Below, piece by piece: positions 9,164-18,275 of a stretch of DNA of 64,000 bases; position 1 is the stretch's first letter, and each line of letters opens with the position of its first letter. The position numbers and the translations under genes are program-made. This stretch comes from an uncultured Pseudomonadota bacterium (GTDB lineage: Bacteria; Oederibacteriota; Muellerivitia; Muellerivitales; Muellerivitaceae): the NCBI GenBank assembly GCA_963770835.1, contig CAVYRH010000004.1, forward strand, positions 288,001-352,000, in the 5' to 3' direction. The notes under the pieces are model-generated. The model saw nothing but the letters and a program-made list of their open reading frames with translations, was not told where the DNA came from and made no database searches.

Positions 9164-9553
9164 ATGTCTAAACGGGAAAATATAAGTACTGGCTCCAAGT
9201 GGGAGCCTATCTTGGGTTATTCCCGCGCCGTGAAGGTGGGCAATTACGTCCATGTCTCCGGTACCACGGGCAGCGGACCCGACGGCAAGATCGTTGGCGT
9301 AGGCGATCCTTACGCGCAAACCGTGCAAGCCGTGAAAAACCTCCAAGCCGGCTTGCAGAAGGCGGGGGCCGACTTGAAAAACGTGGTGCGTACCCGCCTT
9401 TTTGTGACCAAAATCAGCGAGTGGGAAAAATTCGGGAAGGCCCATGGCGAATTCTTCGGGGACATCCGGCCGGCCATGACCATCGTGGAGGTGGCCAAGC
9501 TGATCGACTCCGAGATGATGATCGAGATCGAAGCCGATGCTTATCTTGGGTAA
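9164..9553 (+). CDS. RidA/YjgF family protein
   Basis: [32 protein letters not shown]. Confidence 0.92.
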   Translation: MSKRENISTGSKWEPILGYSRAVKVGNYVHVSGTTGSGPDGKIVGVGDPYAQTVQAVKNLQAGLQKAGADLKNVVRTRLFVTKISEWEKFGKAHGEFFGDIRPAMTIVEVAKLIDSEMMIEIEADAYLG

Positions 9554-9618
9554 AAATATTTTTTAAACGCGGACATAGAATCGAAAAATATTTAAGTTGC
9601 GTATAAAGGTGGAGATCC

Positions 9619-10767
9619 ATGAGCTCCTGCCCCAACTGTAAACAAGCCTTAATCCGGAAACAAAGCGCCTACGGCATTTTCTGGGCCTGCGAGGAATGCA
9701 ACCGCTGGTTGATCGGCCTCCCCATCCTCCGGCGCACGATCGAAACGGCTTTCTTCGGGCGCCTTTGGCAGGAAGTTCGCCGCAGCGGCGAAGGTTTGGG
9801 ACCTCCCTGTTTGATGTGCTCCAAACCCATGAACCGGGTCTTCTTGGAAAATTCTAACACCCCCCTCACTCCGCTGATTTGCAAGGTCTGCAATGTGGCC
9901 TGGCTGAGCCCCGAGGAAAGGGTCCTTTTACCCGTCCAGGCGGCCCCCGAACCAGCCCAACCCGAACCGGAAAAGACAGAACCGGCCTTGCCCCCGGAAG
10001 CCGCCCGGTTGCTCGCCCTTCACCAGGTGGAAGTGATCGCGGAAAACGCCAAGCGCGAAAACCAGTTCGACGCCTCGCACCTTCCCATGTGGCAGAAATT
10101 TCTGGCCGCCTTGGGGTTCCCCGTGGAGGACAGCTGGGAGGAATCCCACGCCTTTCCCTGGGTGACCGCCTTGGTGGTCCTGCTCACCAGCGCAACCAGC
10201 CTCTATTTTTTCACCGACTTCAAGGCCTCGGTGGACGCCTATGGGTTTATCCCCACCGAGTTCGACCGGATGAACTACCTCACCTTCCTCACCTGTTTTT
10301 TCGTCCACGGTAATTGGCTGCACTTGGTCGGCAACATGTACTTTCTATTCACCTTCGGCCGCGGCGTGGAGGCCAAGATCGGCGGCTTGGGCATCCTGGC
10401 CCTCCTGATCCTGGCCACCATCGGTGGCTGCCTTTTCACACTCTGCTTCAACCCCGATTCCGATATCCCCAATATCGGCGCCAGCGGGGGGATTGCCGGT
10501 GTCCTCCTTTTTTACGGTTTTGCCTTTCCCCACCGGCGGCTGGTTTTTAGGATGGGGACACCTATGATCGGTAATGGGCAACTGATCCGCCTGCCCGCCG
10601 TTGCGGTTTTGGCGATTTGGGTCGGCCTTCAGGTTTTGGGTATATTTAACCAGCATGGTAGCGGGGTGGCTTATTCAGGCCACTTGGGAGGCCTGCTGGC
10701 GGGGCTGGCTTTCTGGCTTTTGTGGCGTTGGAAAAACAGCGGTGGGTTGATCAAGGTTCAGGAATAA
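9619..10767 (+). CDS. Rhomboid intramembrane serine protease with N-terminal tandem Zn-ribbons
   Basis: CxxC pairs (CPNC, CEEC, CLMC, CKVC); HLVGNM, GASGG, HLGG. Confidence 0.9.
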   Translation: MSSCPNCKQALIRKQSAYGIFWACEECNRWLIGLPILRRTIETAFFGRLWQEVRRSGEGLGPPCLMCSKPMNRVFLENSNTPLTPLICKVCNVAWLSPEERVLLPVQAAPEPAQPEPEKTEPALPPEAARLLALHQVEVIAENAKRENQFDASHLPMWQKFLAALGFPVEDSWEESHAFPWVTALVVLLTSATSLYFFTDFKASVDAYGFIPTEFDRMNYLTFLTCFFVHGNWLHLVGNMYFLFTFGRGVEAKIGGLGILALLILATIGGCLFTLCFNPDSDIPNIGASGGIAGVLLFYGFAFPHRRLVFRMGTPMIGNGQLIRLPAVAVLAIWVGLQVLGIFNQHGSGVAYSGHLGGLLAGLAFWLLWRWKNSGGLIKVQE

Positions 10768-10785
10768 TTCTTCAAGGGAGGGAAT

Positions 10786-11178
10786 ATGAAAAGTGTTTTA
10801 CTGGTGGCGGTTCTCGTCTTACCTTGGCTGGCGATCGGGTGTGGGGATTCCCATTCCAACATGGGGCCGGACCCCAGTTTAGAGACAGCCTATGGCCTGG
10901 CGCTGAAGGGCAAATATGACGAAACAGCTGATTTTTTCAGCGATGATGTCCTTAATTACATGAAACTTCACCCGGAAATGACCCTGCAAACCCTTTGGGC
11001 CGACCGCTTGAACAACGGTTCGGTGAAAGGCATCAAGATCATTGAGCACACCCTCGGCGAGAAGGATTGTGACTTCAAGTTCATGTTATTCACCAACGAG
11101 GGGATGGCCGACGGGGAGGACGACATGGTATTCGAGAAAGGGATGTGGAAGTTCAACACGATGAAGCGGATACGGTAA
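10786..11178 (+). CDS. Hypothetical lipoprotein
   Basis: Lipobox LAIGC; GGGAGG RBS. Confidence 0.65.
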   Translation: MKSVLLVAVLVLPWLAIGCGDSHSNMGPDPSLETAYGLALKGKYDETADFFSDDVLNYMKLHPEMTLQTLWADRLNNGSVKGIKIIEHTLGEKDCDFKFMLFTNEGMADGEDDMVFEKGMWKFNTMKRIR

Positions 11179-11225
11179 AGGCGGCCGGCCGTCGAAAGCT
11201 GACAGCGACGGACAGCAACGGCCGG
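11179..11225. repeat. Period-7 array/hairpin between convergent genes
   Basis: AGGCGGC CGGCCGT CGAAAGC TGACAGC..GGACAGC; outer stem CCGGCCGT/ACGGCCGG. Confidence 0.45.
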
Positions 11226-11226
11226 G

Positions 11227-12009
11227 TCAGGGCAAATTCGCGGCCAACGTCCCGGTCTTTCCTTTGGCCAGCTTAGGGGTGGACTTCTGAAGAAGGTTGG
11301 CAATAAGGGGAACCACCGCGATATCGGGTTTCTTCATCTCGCGGCGAAGATTCTCAAAGGTCGTCTCCGGCCATCCTTGTTGGAAGAAATTCACCAGCCA
11401 TTTTGGGACGCCGCCCTTGGGGTCGCAATGGACTTCGGCGTCCACGTAGGTTTGGCCCGGTAGGGACATGGGTACCATCTTGAACACGCAGGTCATCACG
11501 CCCCGCGTGTATTTCCTCAGGACCGGAGCCTGGTCGTCCTCGGCGGGAAGGTAGCTGACGGTCAGGTGCTGGGAGGAGGGATCGTAATCCACCGTCACAT
11601 GGGAGACGAAATCCCGGTCCGACATGACAGTGTCGAACGGGAAGGGGATGCCCACGTGGTCGTACTCAATGAACTCAGTGGACGTAAGGTTGCGAACGAC
11701 TTTGGAAGACACCAGACTGTCGATCCATTCGGTTCCCCGGGTGGTATCCACGATGACCGAAGCCACTTTATCTATCGGTTCGTCCACGATGCCGTCGCCC
11801 TTGAAGGCGATGACCTGGCTTCCCTCTACTTTGGACCAGTAAATGGTCAGCCCGTCGGTTTCACAGGATTTTTGCCAGTGGAAGTCCGTATCCTTGTGCG
11901 CGACCAACAAAGGGTCGACGATCGAAGTAACGCCCGCCGAAGTTTCCGCCCAACCGCTTCCAGCGGCCAGGGAGCCCACCAGCAATCCGAAGATAAGATG
12001 TTTTTTCAT
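11227..12009 (-). CDS. Secreted START-domain (lipid-binding) protein
   Basis: Signal peptide; W...DGLTIYW, PFPF...SDRDFV, DPKGGVPKWLVN. Confidence 0.85.
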   Translation of the reverse strand: MKKHLIFGLLVGSLAAGSGWAETSAGVTSIVDPLLVAHKDTDFHWQKSCETDGLTIYWSKVEGSQVIAFKGDGIVDEPIDKVASVIVDTTRGTEWIDSLVSSKVVRNLTSTEFIEYDHVGIPFPFDTVMSDRDFVSHVTVDYDPSSQHLTVSYLPAEDDQAPVLRKYTRGVMTCVFKMVPMSLPGQTYVDAEVHCDPKGGVPKWLVNFFQQGWPETTFENLRREMKKPDIAVVPLIANLLQKSTPKLAKGKTGTLAANLP

Positions 12010-12125
12010 GGGGGACCTCGATAATTGAAATCGGCAAATAATAACGCGCGGGCCGGCGAAATTCCAAGTTATTTAGGTATCAAGAAGGCGGTTGACCGTG
12101 TTAGGGGATGATAACCGGGAGAGAC

Positions 12126-13841
12126 TTACAGGTAGCTGACTTTGCTCTTGGGAGGGGCGGCGAATTCGTCCTTTTTGCCCTTCTTCCGGCGACGGCTGGA
12201 TTTGGCGCTGGATTTTTGCCTGTAATGCAGGAACAGGAATATTCCTCCTACCAGCAGGTACATCAAGCCGAAGCTAGGTGCCCAGGAACTCCCGAACCCG
12301 TTCAAAACGCCCGTGTCGGTCAAGATATAGGTATGGATGAGGCCGGTGAAGGAAAAGAAGGAGGCCGCGAAGGTCCAATAGGCGGCCCTGTCGAATTTCC
12401 GGTCGATGAGGAATACCATGACCGCGGCGAAAATCATCGAGACCAGGAGAGACCCCTGGTCCAGCCGCAGGATGCCCCGGATGAAGAAATTGTCGTTGGT
12501 GAGCTTGTTGGCCATGTCCAAATTGATGACCACCCCACCGACCCTTAGGGCATGCTCAATGAGGTAATAACAATAGGCCGCGAAGGCGGGAATCAGGCCG
12601 AAGGCCACCGCCAGGGAATGCTCCTTGGGGATTTCCATGAAGGCCTGGGCCGTGATAATGATGGCGATCCAAAGAAGGATCCCGAAAATGCATTCGCGGG
12701 GCACGAACCTCAAAAACAGGGTCACGCCCCCGGTCAGGCACACCAGGGTGATCAGCGCTCCGTTCAGGATCGAGTAGCCGTGACGGGCCCCCATGGACTT
12801 CCATCCCGGGTGGCCGATGTAGATGGTGGTGGGGAAGGGGCTGCCCAGGAAGCAGGCCAGCAGCGTCGCAATGCCGTTCCACAAGAGGGAAGGCCTGGTC
12901 TCGAAGCGGTCGCCCCCCGCCTCGGCCGATTCCAGGTTCTGAAGGGAGCCGATGACGTTGAAAAGCCCCATAGGAAAGATGACCGCCAAGTACTTCCATC
13001 CCGAACTCACCAGGAAGGGCCACAGGTCGCCGAAGATGGGCCGGGGCGGGTAGAAGGACAAGGCGATGGGGTCGGTGGACAGGGCCGAGGCGATGTTGGT
13101 CGGGTTGAGGGCATGGAAAGCCCAGAAAAGGATTGTCCCTATTACCACCGCCAGGAAACCGCCCGGCAGGGAAAAGGGCCATTTGATCCGTGAGGCGTAG
13201 GAAACGAGGATCAGGAAGGTGGGAAGGAGGCCGACCATGGGGTTGGCGAAGATCTGGAAGATGAAGTCCATGGCGATGAAGGTAATGGCTACCCCCGCCA
13301 GGGCGCAGAGCAACGCGGCGCGGGGCGTGTGTTTTCTCAGCCAGTCGCCCACGTAGGCCCCGCCGATTTCCATCAGGCCGTTCAAGAAGCAGGCCAAAAG
13401 ACCCGCCTGCCAGGCCAGACGAAAGTTCCCGGTTTCCCGGTAGACCGGGGCGATGACCAGAACGATGAAGGCGATCAGGCTGGGAGTGTTGATGCCGAAG
13501 GGCAGGGCCGTCACGTCGTTGCGTTTTGTTTTCAGGGCCAGCTGGCGGGCCTGCCAGGCGTAGAAGAGGTTTCCTAATAGGATGGAAAGGGCGGCGCCCG
13601 GTAGGATTTGTGAGGTGATAAAATCCGTCGGGAAACCGCACATGCTCTTGCAGAGATAGCCGATGAGCATGAGTTGGAGCAGGTTGTCGATGAAAAGGCC
13701 GAAAAAGCCGTCCAGGTCGCCCCGGGTGAACCAGGGCAGGGGCTCGGGCTTCAATTGCTTCACATGGACCAGGAACCTTAGAAAAGTAGGGGTTTTGAAG
13801 GAAGCCAGCCGCGCCTGGAGGAAAGCCAGTACCTTTTGCAT
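12126..13841 (-). CDS. NCS2-family (xanthine/uracil/AzgA-like) permease
   Basis: GDLDGFFGL, TALPFGINTPS, ESAEAGGD, FPTTIYIGHPGWKSMGA; many TM segments. Confidence 0.85.
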   Translation of the reverse strand: MQKVLAFLQARLASFKTPTFLRFLVHVKQLKPEPLPWFTRGDLDGFFGLFIDNLLQLMLIGYLCKSMCGFPTDFITSQILPGAALSILLGNLFYAWQARQLALKTKRNDVTALPFGINTPSLIAFIVLVIAPVYRETGNFRLAWQAGLLACFLNGLMEIGGAYVGDWLRKHTPRAALLCALAGVAITFIAMDFIFQIFANPMVGLLPTFLILVSYASRIKWPFSLPGGFLAVVIGTILFWAFHALNPTNIASALSTDPIALSFYPPRPIFGDLWPFLVSSGWKYLAVIFPMGLFNVIGSLQNLESAEAGGDRFETRPSLLWNGIATLLACFLGSPFPTTIYIGHPGWKSMGARHGYSILNGALITLVCLTGGVTLFLRFVPRECIFGILLWIAIIITAQAFMEIPKEHSLAVAFGLIPAFAAYCYYLIEHALRVGGVVINLDMANKLTNDNFFIRGILRLDQGSLLVSMIFAAVMVFLIDRKFDRAAYWTFAASFFSFTGLIHTYILTDTGVLNGFGSSWAPSFGLMYLLVGGIFLFLHYRQKSSAKSSRRRKKGKKDEFAAPPKSKVSYL

Positions 13842-13972
13842 GGGAAAAGCCTAATCGCCCCCAGGGAACCGGTCAAGGGATTTCATCCATTGGAACGGTT
13901 CAAAAGGCTAGGTTCTTTGAAGTAAATGGTTAGGGGGAGGGTGGAGTTGGGTGGAAAGTCCCAAAAATGAAT

Positions 13973-14229
13973 TTATTTTTTTGATCCTGGTATGAAAAAT
14001 TCAACTGTTGCTAAAACTAACGACTTCAAAAGTTGAAAAAATCTAGTCACTGTCATAAATGAAAACCCAAGAAAAAAACCGGTGCCAGATAAAACAAAAA
14101 ACACACAGATAAAAAATCCAACGTATTGCATCCATTTTTGATTTATCGAATTACCTATCCAATCAATCACAAAGCCCACAATTCCACCAAAAACACTTTT
14201 AACCTTTGATTTTTTACATTTTCAAACAT
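13973..14229 (-). pseudogene. AT-rich small membrane protein gene, apparently frameshifted in an A6 run
   Basis: ATG frame MFENVK joins the downstream KSKVKSVFGGIVGFVIDW... frame if one A is added at about 14210-14215. Confidence 0.35.
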
Positions 14230-14300
14230 AAAATCTCTGCAATCATTTTGAGCAGTTATTGTAGTTGTGACAAGGGCTTTCCGAAATTTGGTGTCCCAGC

Positions 14301-15401
14301 TTAAAAGGAACCTGAATCCGGCCCTTTCACTGGGAATCGCAAAGCCACTTTAACCCCTTGGCCCGGTTCGCTTTGAAGGGTGATCTCCCCGCTGTGGGCC
14401 AGCATGATTTCCCGGCAAAGGCTCAAGCCCAGCCCGTAGCCGCCGGTTTCCTTGGTGCGGGACTTGTCCACACGGTAAAAGGGCTCGAAGATTTTTTCCT
14501 GCTCCTCCGGGGGGATGCCGGGCCCGAAATCCTGGATTGTCACCAAGGCATTGTCGGTGTCCGATTCCAGGCTGATTTCCACCGCTTTCTTCTGGCCGCT
14601 TGAGTATTTCAAGGCGTTTTCCAACACGTTCTGGAGCACGGTTTTCACGCGGGCGGGGTCCGCCGTCACTTCCCGTTTTTCTTCCGGCCCCAAGAGTCTC
14701 AAACCCGGTTTGCGGTCCTTGTACTTTTCCGTCATTTCGCCGGCCAAGGCAGTAAGGTCCACCGTCCCCAGGGAAAGTTTCCCGTTGCCGTTCTTGAGCC
14801 GTTCGGTTTCCAGGATTTCAGTGAGCATGGTTTCCATTTCATGGATGTCGCTCATCATGGAATCCCTCATTTTGCTCTTGGGGGTCATTTCCAGCGCCAC
14901 CTTCAAGCGCGTCAGGGGGCTGCGCAGCTCGTGGCTGACATCCAAAAGCAACTGGTCCTTGGAATGGATCATTTCCTTGATATGGTTCACCATCTGGTTG
15001 AACTGGTCCGCCAGGTACCCAATTTCACCGTGACGCCCATGGGTGGGGAACTGGAAATCCAAATTGCCGTTGGAAATCTCCTGGACCCCCCGCATCAGGA
15101 AGCGCAGGGGTCCGAACATCCGCCGCAGGATGAAAGAACCCACCAGCATGACCAGGAAGACGATGGCAAAGATGTGAAGGACCCGGTGGGTGGTGAGGCT
15201 GCCGAAAGCGAAGAAGGAAATCGTCAGGATCACGCAGACCCAGAAGAAGAACATTAGGATTTTCATGAAGAACCAGTGGCGGGGAGGGTGGTTCCAGGGG
15301 CCCCCGCCCCAGTGGGCGTGGGAGTGGCGATGGCGTGGTCCCCAGGGGCACCGGGTGGCCTGGTCTGGGCTGGTTGGGCCGGAGGTTTTTTCAGTTTCCA
15401 T
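14301..15401 (-). CDS. HAMP-domain sensor histidine kinase (CpxA/EnvZ-like)
   Basis: Two TMs, HAMP, H-box DVSHELRSPL, NVLENALKY, DFGPGI, GYGLGL; start overlaps the regulator stop. Confidence 0.92.
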   Translation of the reverse strand: METEKTSGPTSPDQATRCPWGPRHRHSHAHWGGGPWNHPPRHWFFMKILMFFFWVCVILTISFFAFGSLTTHRVLHIFAIVFLVMLVGSFILRRMFGPLRFLMRGVQEISNGNLDFQFPTHGRHGEIGYLADQFNQMVNHIKEMIHSKDQLLLDVSHELRSPLTRLKVALEMTPKSKMRDSMMSDIHEMETMLTEILETERLKNGNGKLSLGTVDLTALAGEMTEKYKDRKPGLRLLGPEEKREVTADPARVKTVLQNVLENALKYSSGQKKAVEISLESDTDNALVTIQDFGPGIPPEEQEKIFEPFYRVDKSRTKETGGYGLGLSLCREIMLAHSGEITLQSEPGQGVKVALRFPVKGPDSGSF

Positions 15402-16104
15402 GGCGCCGGACCTTTCCGATAAAAAGATAACCTTCGCCCCAGACGGTCTTGAAAAACCTGGGGTTTTCTGCGCTGTCCTTGAGTTTCTTGCGCAGGCGGC
15501 TGACGGCGATGTCGATGGAGCGGTTGAAGGCCTCGCACTCAATGCCCTTCAGGTGCTCCATGATGCGGTCGCGGCTCAAGACCGCGCCGGGGTTTCCCAG
15601 GAAAAAAAGCAGGATTTCGAATTCGGTGGTGGTGAGGCCCAGTTCTTTCTGTTTCAGGGAGGCGGTGCGCTTGGCCAGGTCAACGGTGAGGTCGTCGGAG
15701 CGCAAAAAGCCGCCGGCGGATGGGGCTGGTGAAGGCGCAAAACGCCGCAGGACGGTCTGGATGCGCGCTACTAGTTCCCGGGGTTCGAAGGGCTTGGCTA
15801 GGTAGTCGTCGGCCCCAATCTCCAGGCCCACCACGCGGTCGGTCACGTCGCCCCGGGCGGTGAGCATGATGATGGGCACTTTGGAGGATTTGCGGATTTC
15901 CTTGCAGACTTCGAAGCCGTCTTTCCCGGGTAGCATCACGTCCAGGATCACCAGGTCGGGCCCGCGTTTTTTCAGGAGATTCAGGCCTTCCTCCGGGTTC
16001 ACGGCGGCCATCACGCGCATATCGAACTTCAATAGATAGCTTTTCAGGAGCTCGTTGAGCTTCTGGTCGTCGTCAATGATGAGGATTTGTTTTTTAGCGG
16101 CCAT
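15391..16104 (-). CDS. OmpR/CpxR-family DNA-binding response regulator
   Basis: IIDDD, LDVMLP, LTARG, GADDYLAKPF, RSIDIAVSRLRKKL, TVWGEGY. Confidence 0.95.
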   Translation of the reverse strand: MAAKKQILIIDDDQKLNELLKSYLLKFDMRVMAAVNPEEGLNLLKKRGPDLVILDVMLPGKDGFEVCKEIRKSSKVPIIMLTARGDVTDRVVGLEIGADDYLAKPFEPRELVARIQTVLRRFAPSPAPSAGGFLRSDDLTVDLAKRTASLKQKELGLTTTEFEILLFFLGNPGAVLSRDRIMEHLKGIECEAFNRSIDIAVSRLRKKLKDSAENPRFFKTVWGEGYLFIGKVRRHGN

Positions 16105-16180
16105 CTTTAATATCCAAATGCAACACGATGTTTTTTCATACTCTAAATATTAGCATGGGCGGCTTGTTTAACCTCCCGTT

Positions 16181-16205
16181 GTTACCTTTTGTTACAAAGT
16201 GGTAC
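16181..16205 (+). promoter_or_regulatory. Triple direct-repeat box 1 (putative response-regulator site)
   Basis: GTTAC CTTTT GTTAC AAAGT GGTAC, 10-bp period, between the divergent regulator and ECF genes. Confidence 0.7.
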
Positions 16206-16415
16206 AAGATGAAAAAGTTTCCCCAACTTGTAGCTTTTAACCCCTTCTATTCGTCGTTTTAGTGGAAGGGAAAGGATGTTTTAGGGGACCCTGCTGGTTA
16301 TCCTGGATTGCCAGCGCGAAAGTTGGCGAGGAATTTAGCCCCAAGCCCGCCATTTTCCATAGACAAAAGTCACCCTCAATGGATCCATCTTCATGAGAAA
16401 GGTTTGAACCGGGCC

Positions 16416-16928
16416 ATGAAAGACTTTCAACAAGCGGAAGTTTTCCAGGCCTTCATTGGGGAAAACCGGCGTCTCTGGGTGAAATTAGCCTACCGGGTCC
16501 TGGGAAGCCGCGAGGAAGCGGAAGATGTGGTCCAGGAAACACTGGCGCATTTGTGGGAAAAACGGGCTTTTTTAAAGGTCGACAATCCGGGCGCTTACGT
16601 GGCCCGGGCGGTTTGGTTAAATTCGATCAAACGGCGGACAAGGGGAAGGGTCCATCTTCCCTTGGAGGAAATAGCTGAACCGGCTTCCGGGGAACGGGAA
16701 CTGGAGGCGGGGGCCGAAACCGCCGATCCTGCCCGATTGGAACAGGCCCTCCAAAGCCTGCCGGAAGCCCAGCGGACGGTGATCCGCATGAAATATTACA
16801 TGGGGTTGTCGTTCAGGGAAATCGGGGAAGCCCTCCAGATTTCCCTGAACACCGCGGGAAGCCGGTGCCGTTACGCCCTGCAGGCCTTGCAGAAGATTTT
16901 GGTAGTGCGCCGTCCGCCGGGCCATTAG
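16416..16928 (+). CDS. ECF sigma-70 factor
   Basis: AYRVLGSREEAEDVVQET (region 2); LQSLPEAQRTVI, GLSFREIGEALQISLNTAGSR (region 4). Confidence 0.9.
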   Translation: MKDFQQAEVFQAFIGENRRLWVKLAYRVLGSREEAEDVVQETLAHLWEKRAFLKVDNPGAYVARAVWLNSIKRRTRGRVHLPLEEIAEPASGERELEAGAETADPARLEQALQSLPEAQRTVIRMKYYMGLSFREIGEALQISLNTAGSRCRYALQALQKILVVRRPPGH

Positions 16929-16953
16929 CAATAAGAGGAACCAAGGAGGATCT

Positions 16954-17352
16954 ATGAGTGAAGAACCGAAGAACCATGAAAAGGGGCATACGAACGTTTT
17001 GTTCGGCGGCGGTACCGCTATCGCGGTGATTGGTGTCCTAGGCGGCGTTGGGATCGCCCTGGGATTTCCCTGGATCATATTGGCCTATGGACAGGCCCTG
17101 GGCCCGAAACTTTTGATGATTTTCGTGATCACGGGCCTTGTCATCGGAGGGCTGCTGGCCTTGACTTCGGCCTTTTTCGGCCTAGTCATGCCGAGGGCCA
17201 TGGCCGACGCCCCGCCTTGGCATCAGGATGACTGGAAAGAATGGGCTGAATACGCGGATTTGGCCGACCTCGATTACAAAAATTGGACCCTGAAGGATTG
17301 GAAAGCCTGGGGCGAGAAGATGAGAAAAAAACGAATGCAGAAGGAACGATAG
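16954..17352 (+). CDS. Small two-TM membrane protein with Trp-rich tail, downstream of the ECF sigma
   Basis: AGGAGG RBS; two hydrophobic segments. Confidence 0.7.
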   Translation: MSEEPKNHEKGHTNVLFGGGTAIAVIGVLGGVGIALGFPWIILAYGQALGPKLLMIFVITGLVIGGLLALTSAFFGLVMPRAMADAPPWHQDDWKEWAEYADLADLDYKNWTLKDWKAWGEKMRKKRMQKER

Positions 17353-17395
17353 GGCTTTTGCAAATTACGGGAGAGATATTGACGCCGGTTCGAGC

Positions 17396-17420
17396 GTTAC
17401 AAACGGTTACAAAGTGAAAC
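17396..17420 (+). promoter_or_regulatory. Triple direct-repeat box 2
   Basis: GTTAC AAACG GTTAC AAAGT GAAAC upstream of the ABC operon; TATAAA about 15 nt downstream. Confidence 0.72.
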
Positions 17421-17570
17421 AAAGCTGAAAATCATTATAAAAAGGTATTGTTTATTGTCGGGTCCATCGGAGAAAATCGGTGCCCCACCCTCCGCCGCAA
17501 GCTGGAAACCCAAGGGAAAGGACGCGCCGAAATGCCCCGAAAAAAATCAACCTCTCAAGCGAGGACCAAG

Positions 17571-18275
17571 ATGGCTGAAATTGTCTCCATTCGGAATGTC
17601 GTGAAGGAATATCATCTCGATAAGGTGGTGGTGCCGGCCCTGCAAGGCGTCAGCCTCACGGTCGCCCAAGGAGACTTCCTCTCCATCGTCGGCCCCTCAG
17701 GGTCGGGCAAGACCACCCTTTTGAACCTCATCGGCTGCGTGGACACCGCCACCCGCGGCACGGTGCTGGTGGACGGCCAGGACACCAAAAACTTGAACGA
17801 CCGCCAATTAACTAACCTACGCCTGAACACCCTAGGCTTCATCTTCCAAAGCTTCAACCTAGTGCCAGTCCTTTCCGTGGCCCAGAACGTCGAATTCCCC
17901 CTCCTGCTCCAGCGCAAGTTCACGCCGGAAGAAAGGGCTAAGCGGGTGGATGAGCTTCTGGAAAAGGTGGGGCTGGACAAACACTCGAAGCACCGGCCCA
18001 GCGAGCTTTCCGGGGGCCAGCGGCAAAGGGTGGCCATCGCCCGGGCCCTGGTGACGCGCCCCAAGATCGTCCTGGCTGACGAGCCCACCGCCAACTTGGA
18101 TTCGGTGACGGGTGAAAACATCATCGACCTGATGAAGGAAATGAACCGCGTAGAGAAGACAACCTTCATTTTCTCCACCCACGACGCCAAGGTCATGGGC
18201 CACGCCAATTCGGTCATCCGACTGGCTGACGGCCGCATCGCCAAGGGGAAGGCCACCGCCGCGGGGAGACATTAA
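17571..18275 (+). CDS. ABC transporter ATP-binding protein (LolD/MacB-type)
   Basis: GPSGSGKTT, FIFQSFNL, LSGGQRQRVAIARAL, LADEPTANLD. Confidence 0.95.
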   Translation: MAEIVSIRNVVKEYHLDKVVVPALQGVSLTVAQGDFLSIVGPSGSGKTTLLNLIGCVDTATRGTVLVDGQDTKNLNDRQLTNLRLNTLGFIFQSFNLVPVLSVAQNVEFPLLLQRKFTPEERAKRVDELLEKVGLDKHSKHRPSELSGGQRQRVAIARALVTRPKIVLADEPTANLDSVTGENIIDLMKEMNRVEKTTFIFSTHDAKVMGHANSVIRLADGRIAKGKATAAGRH

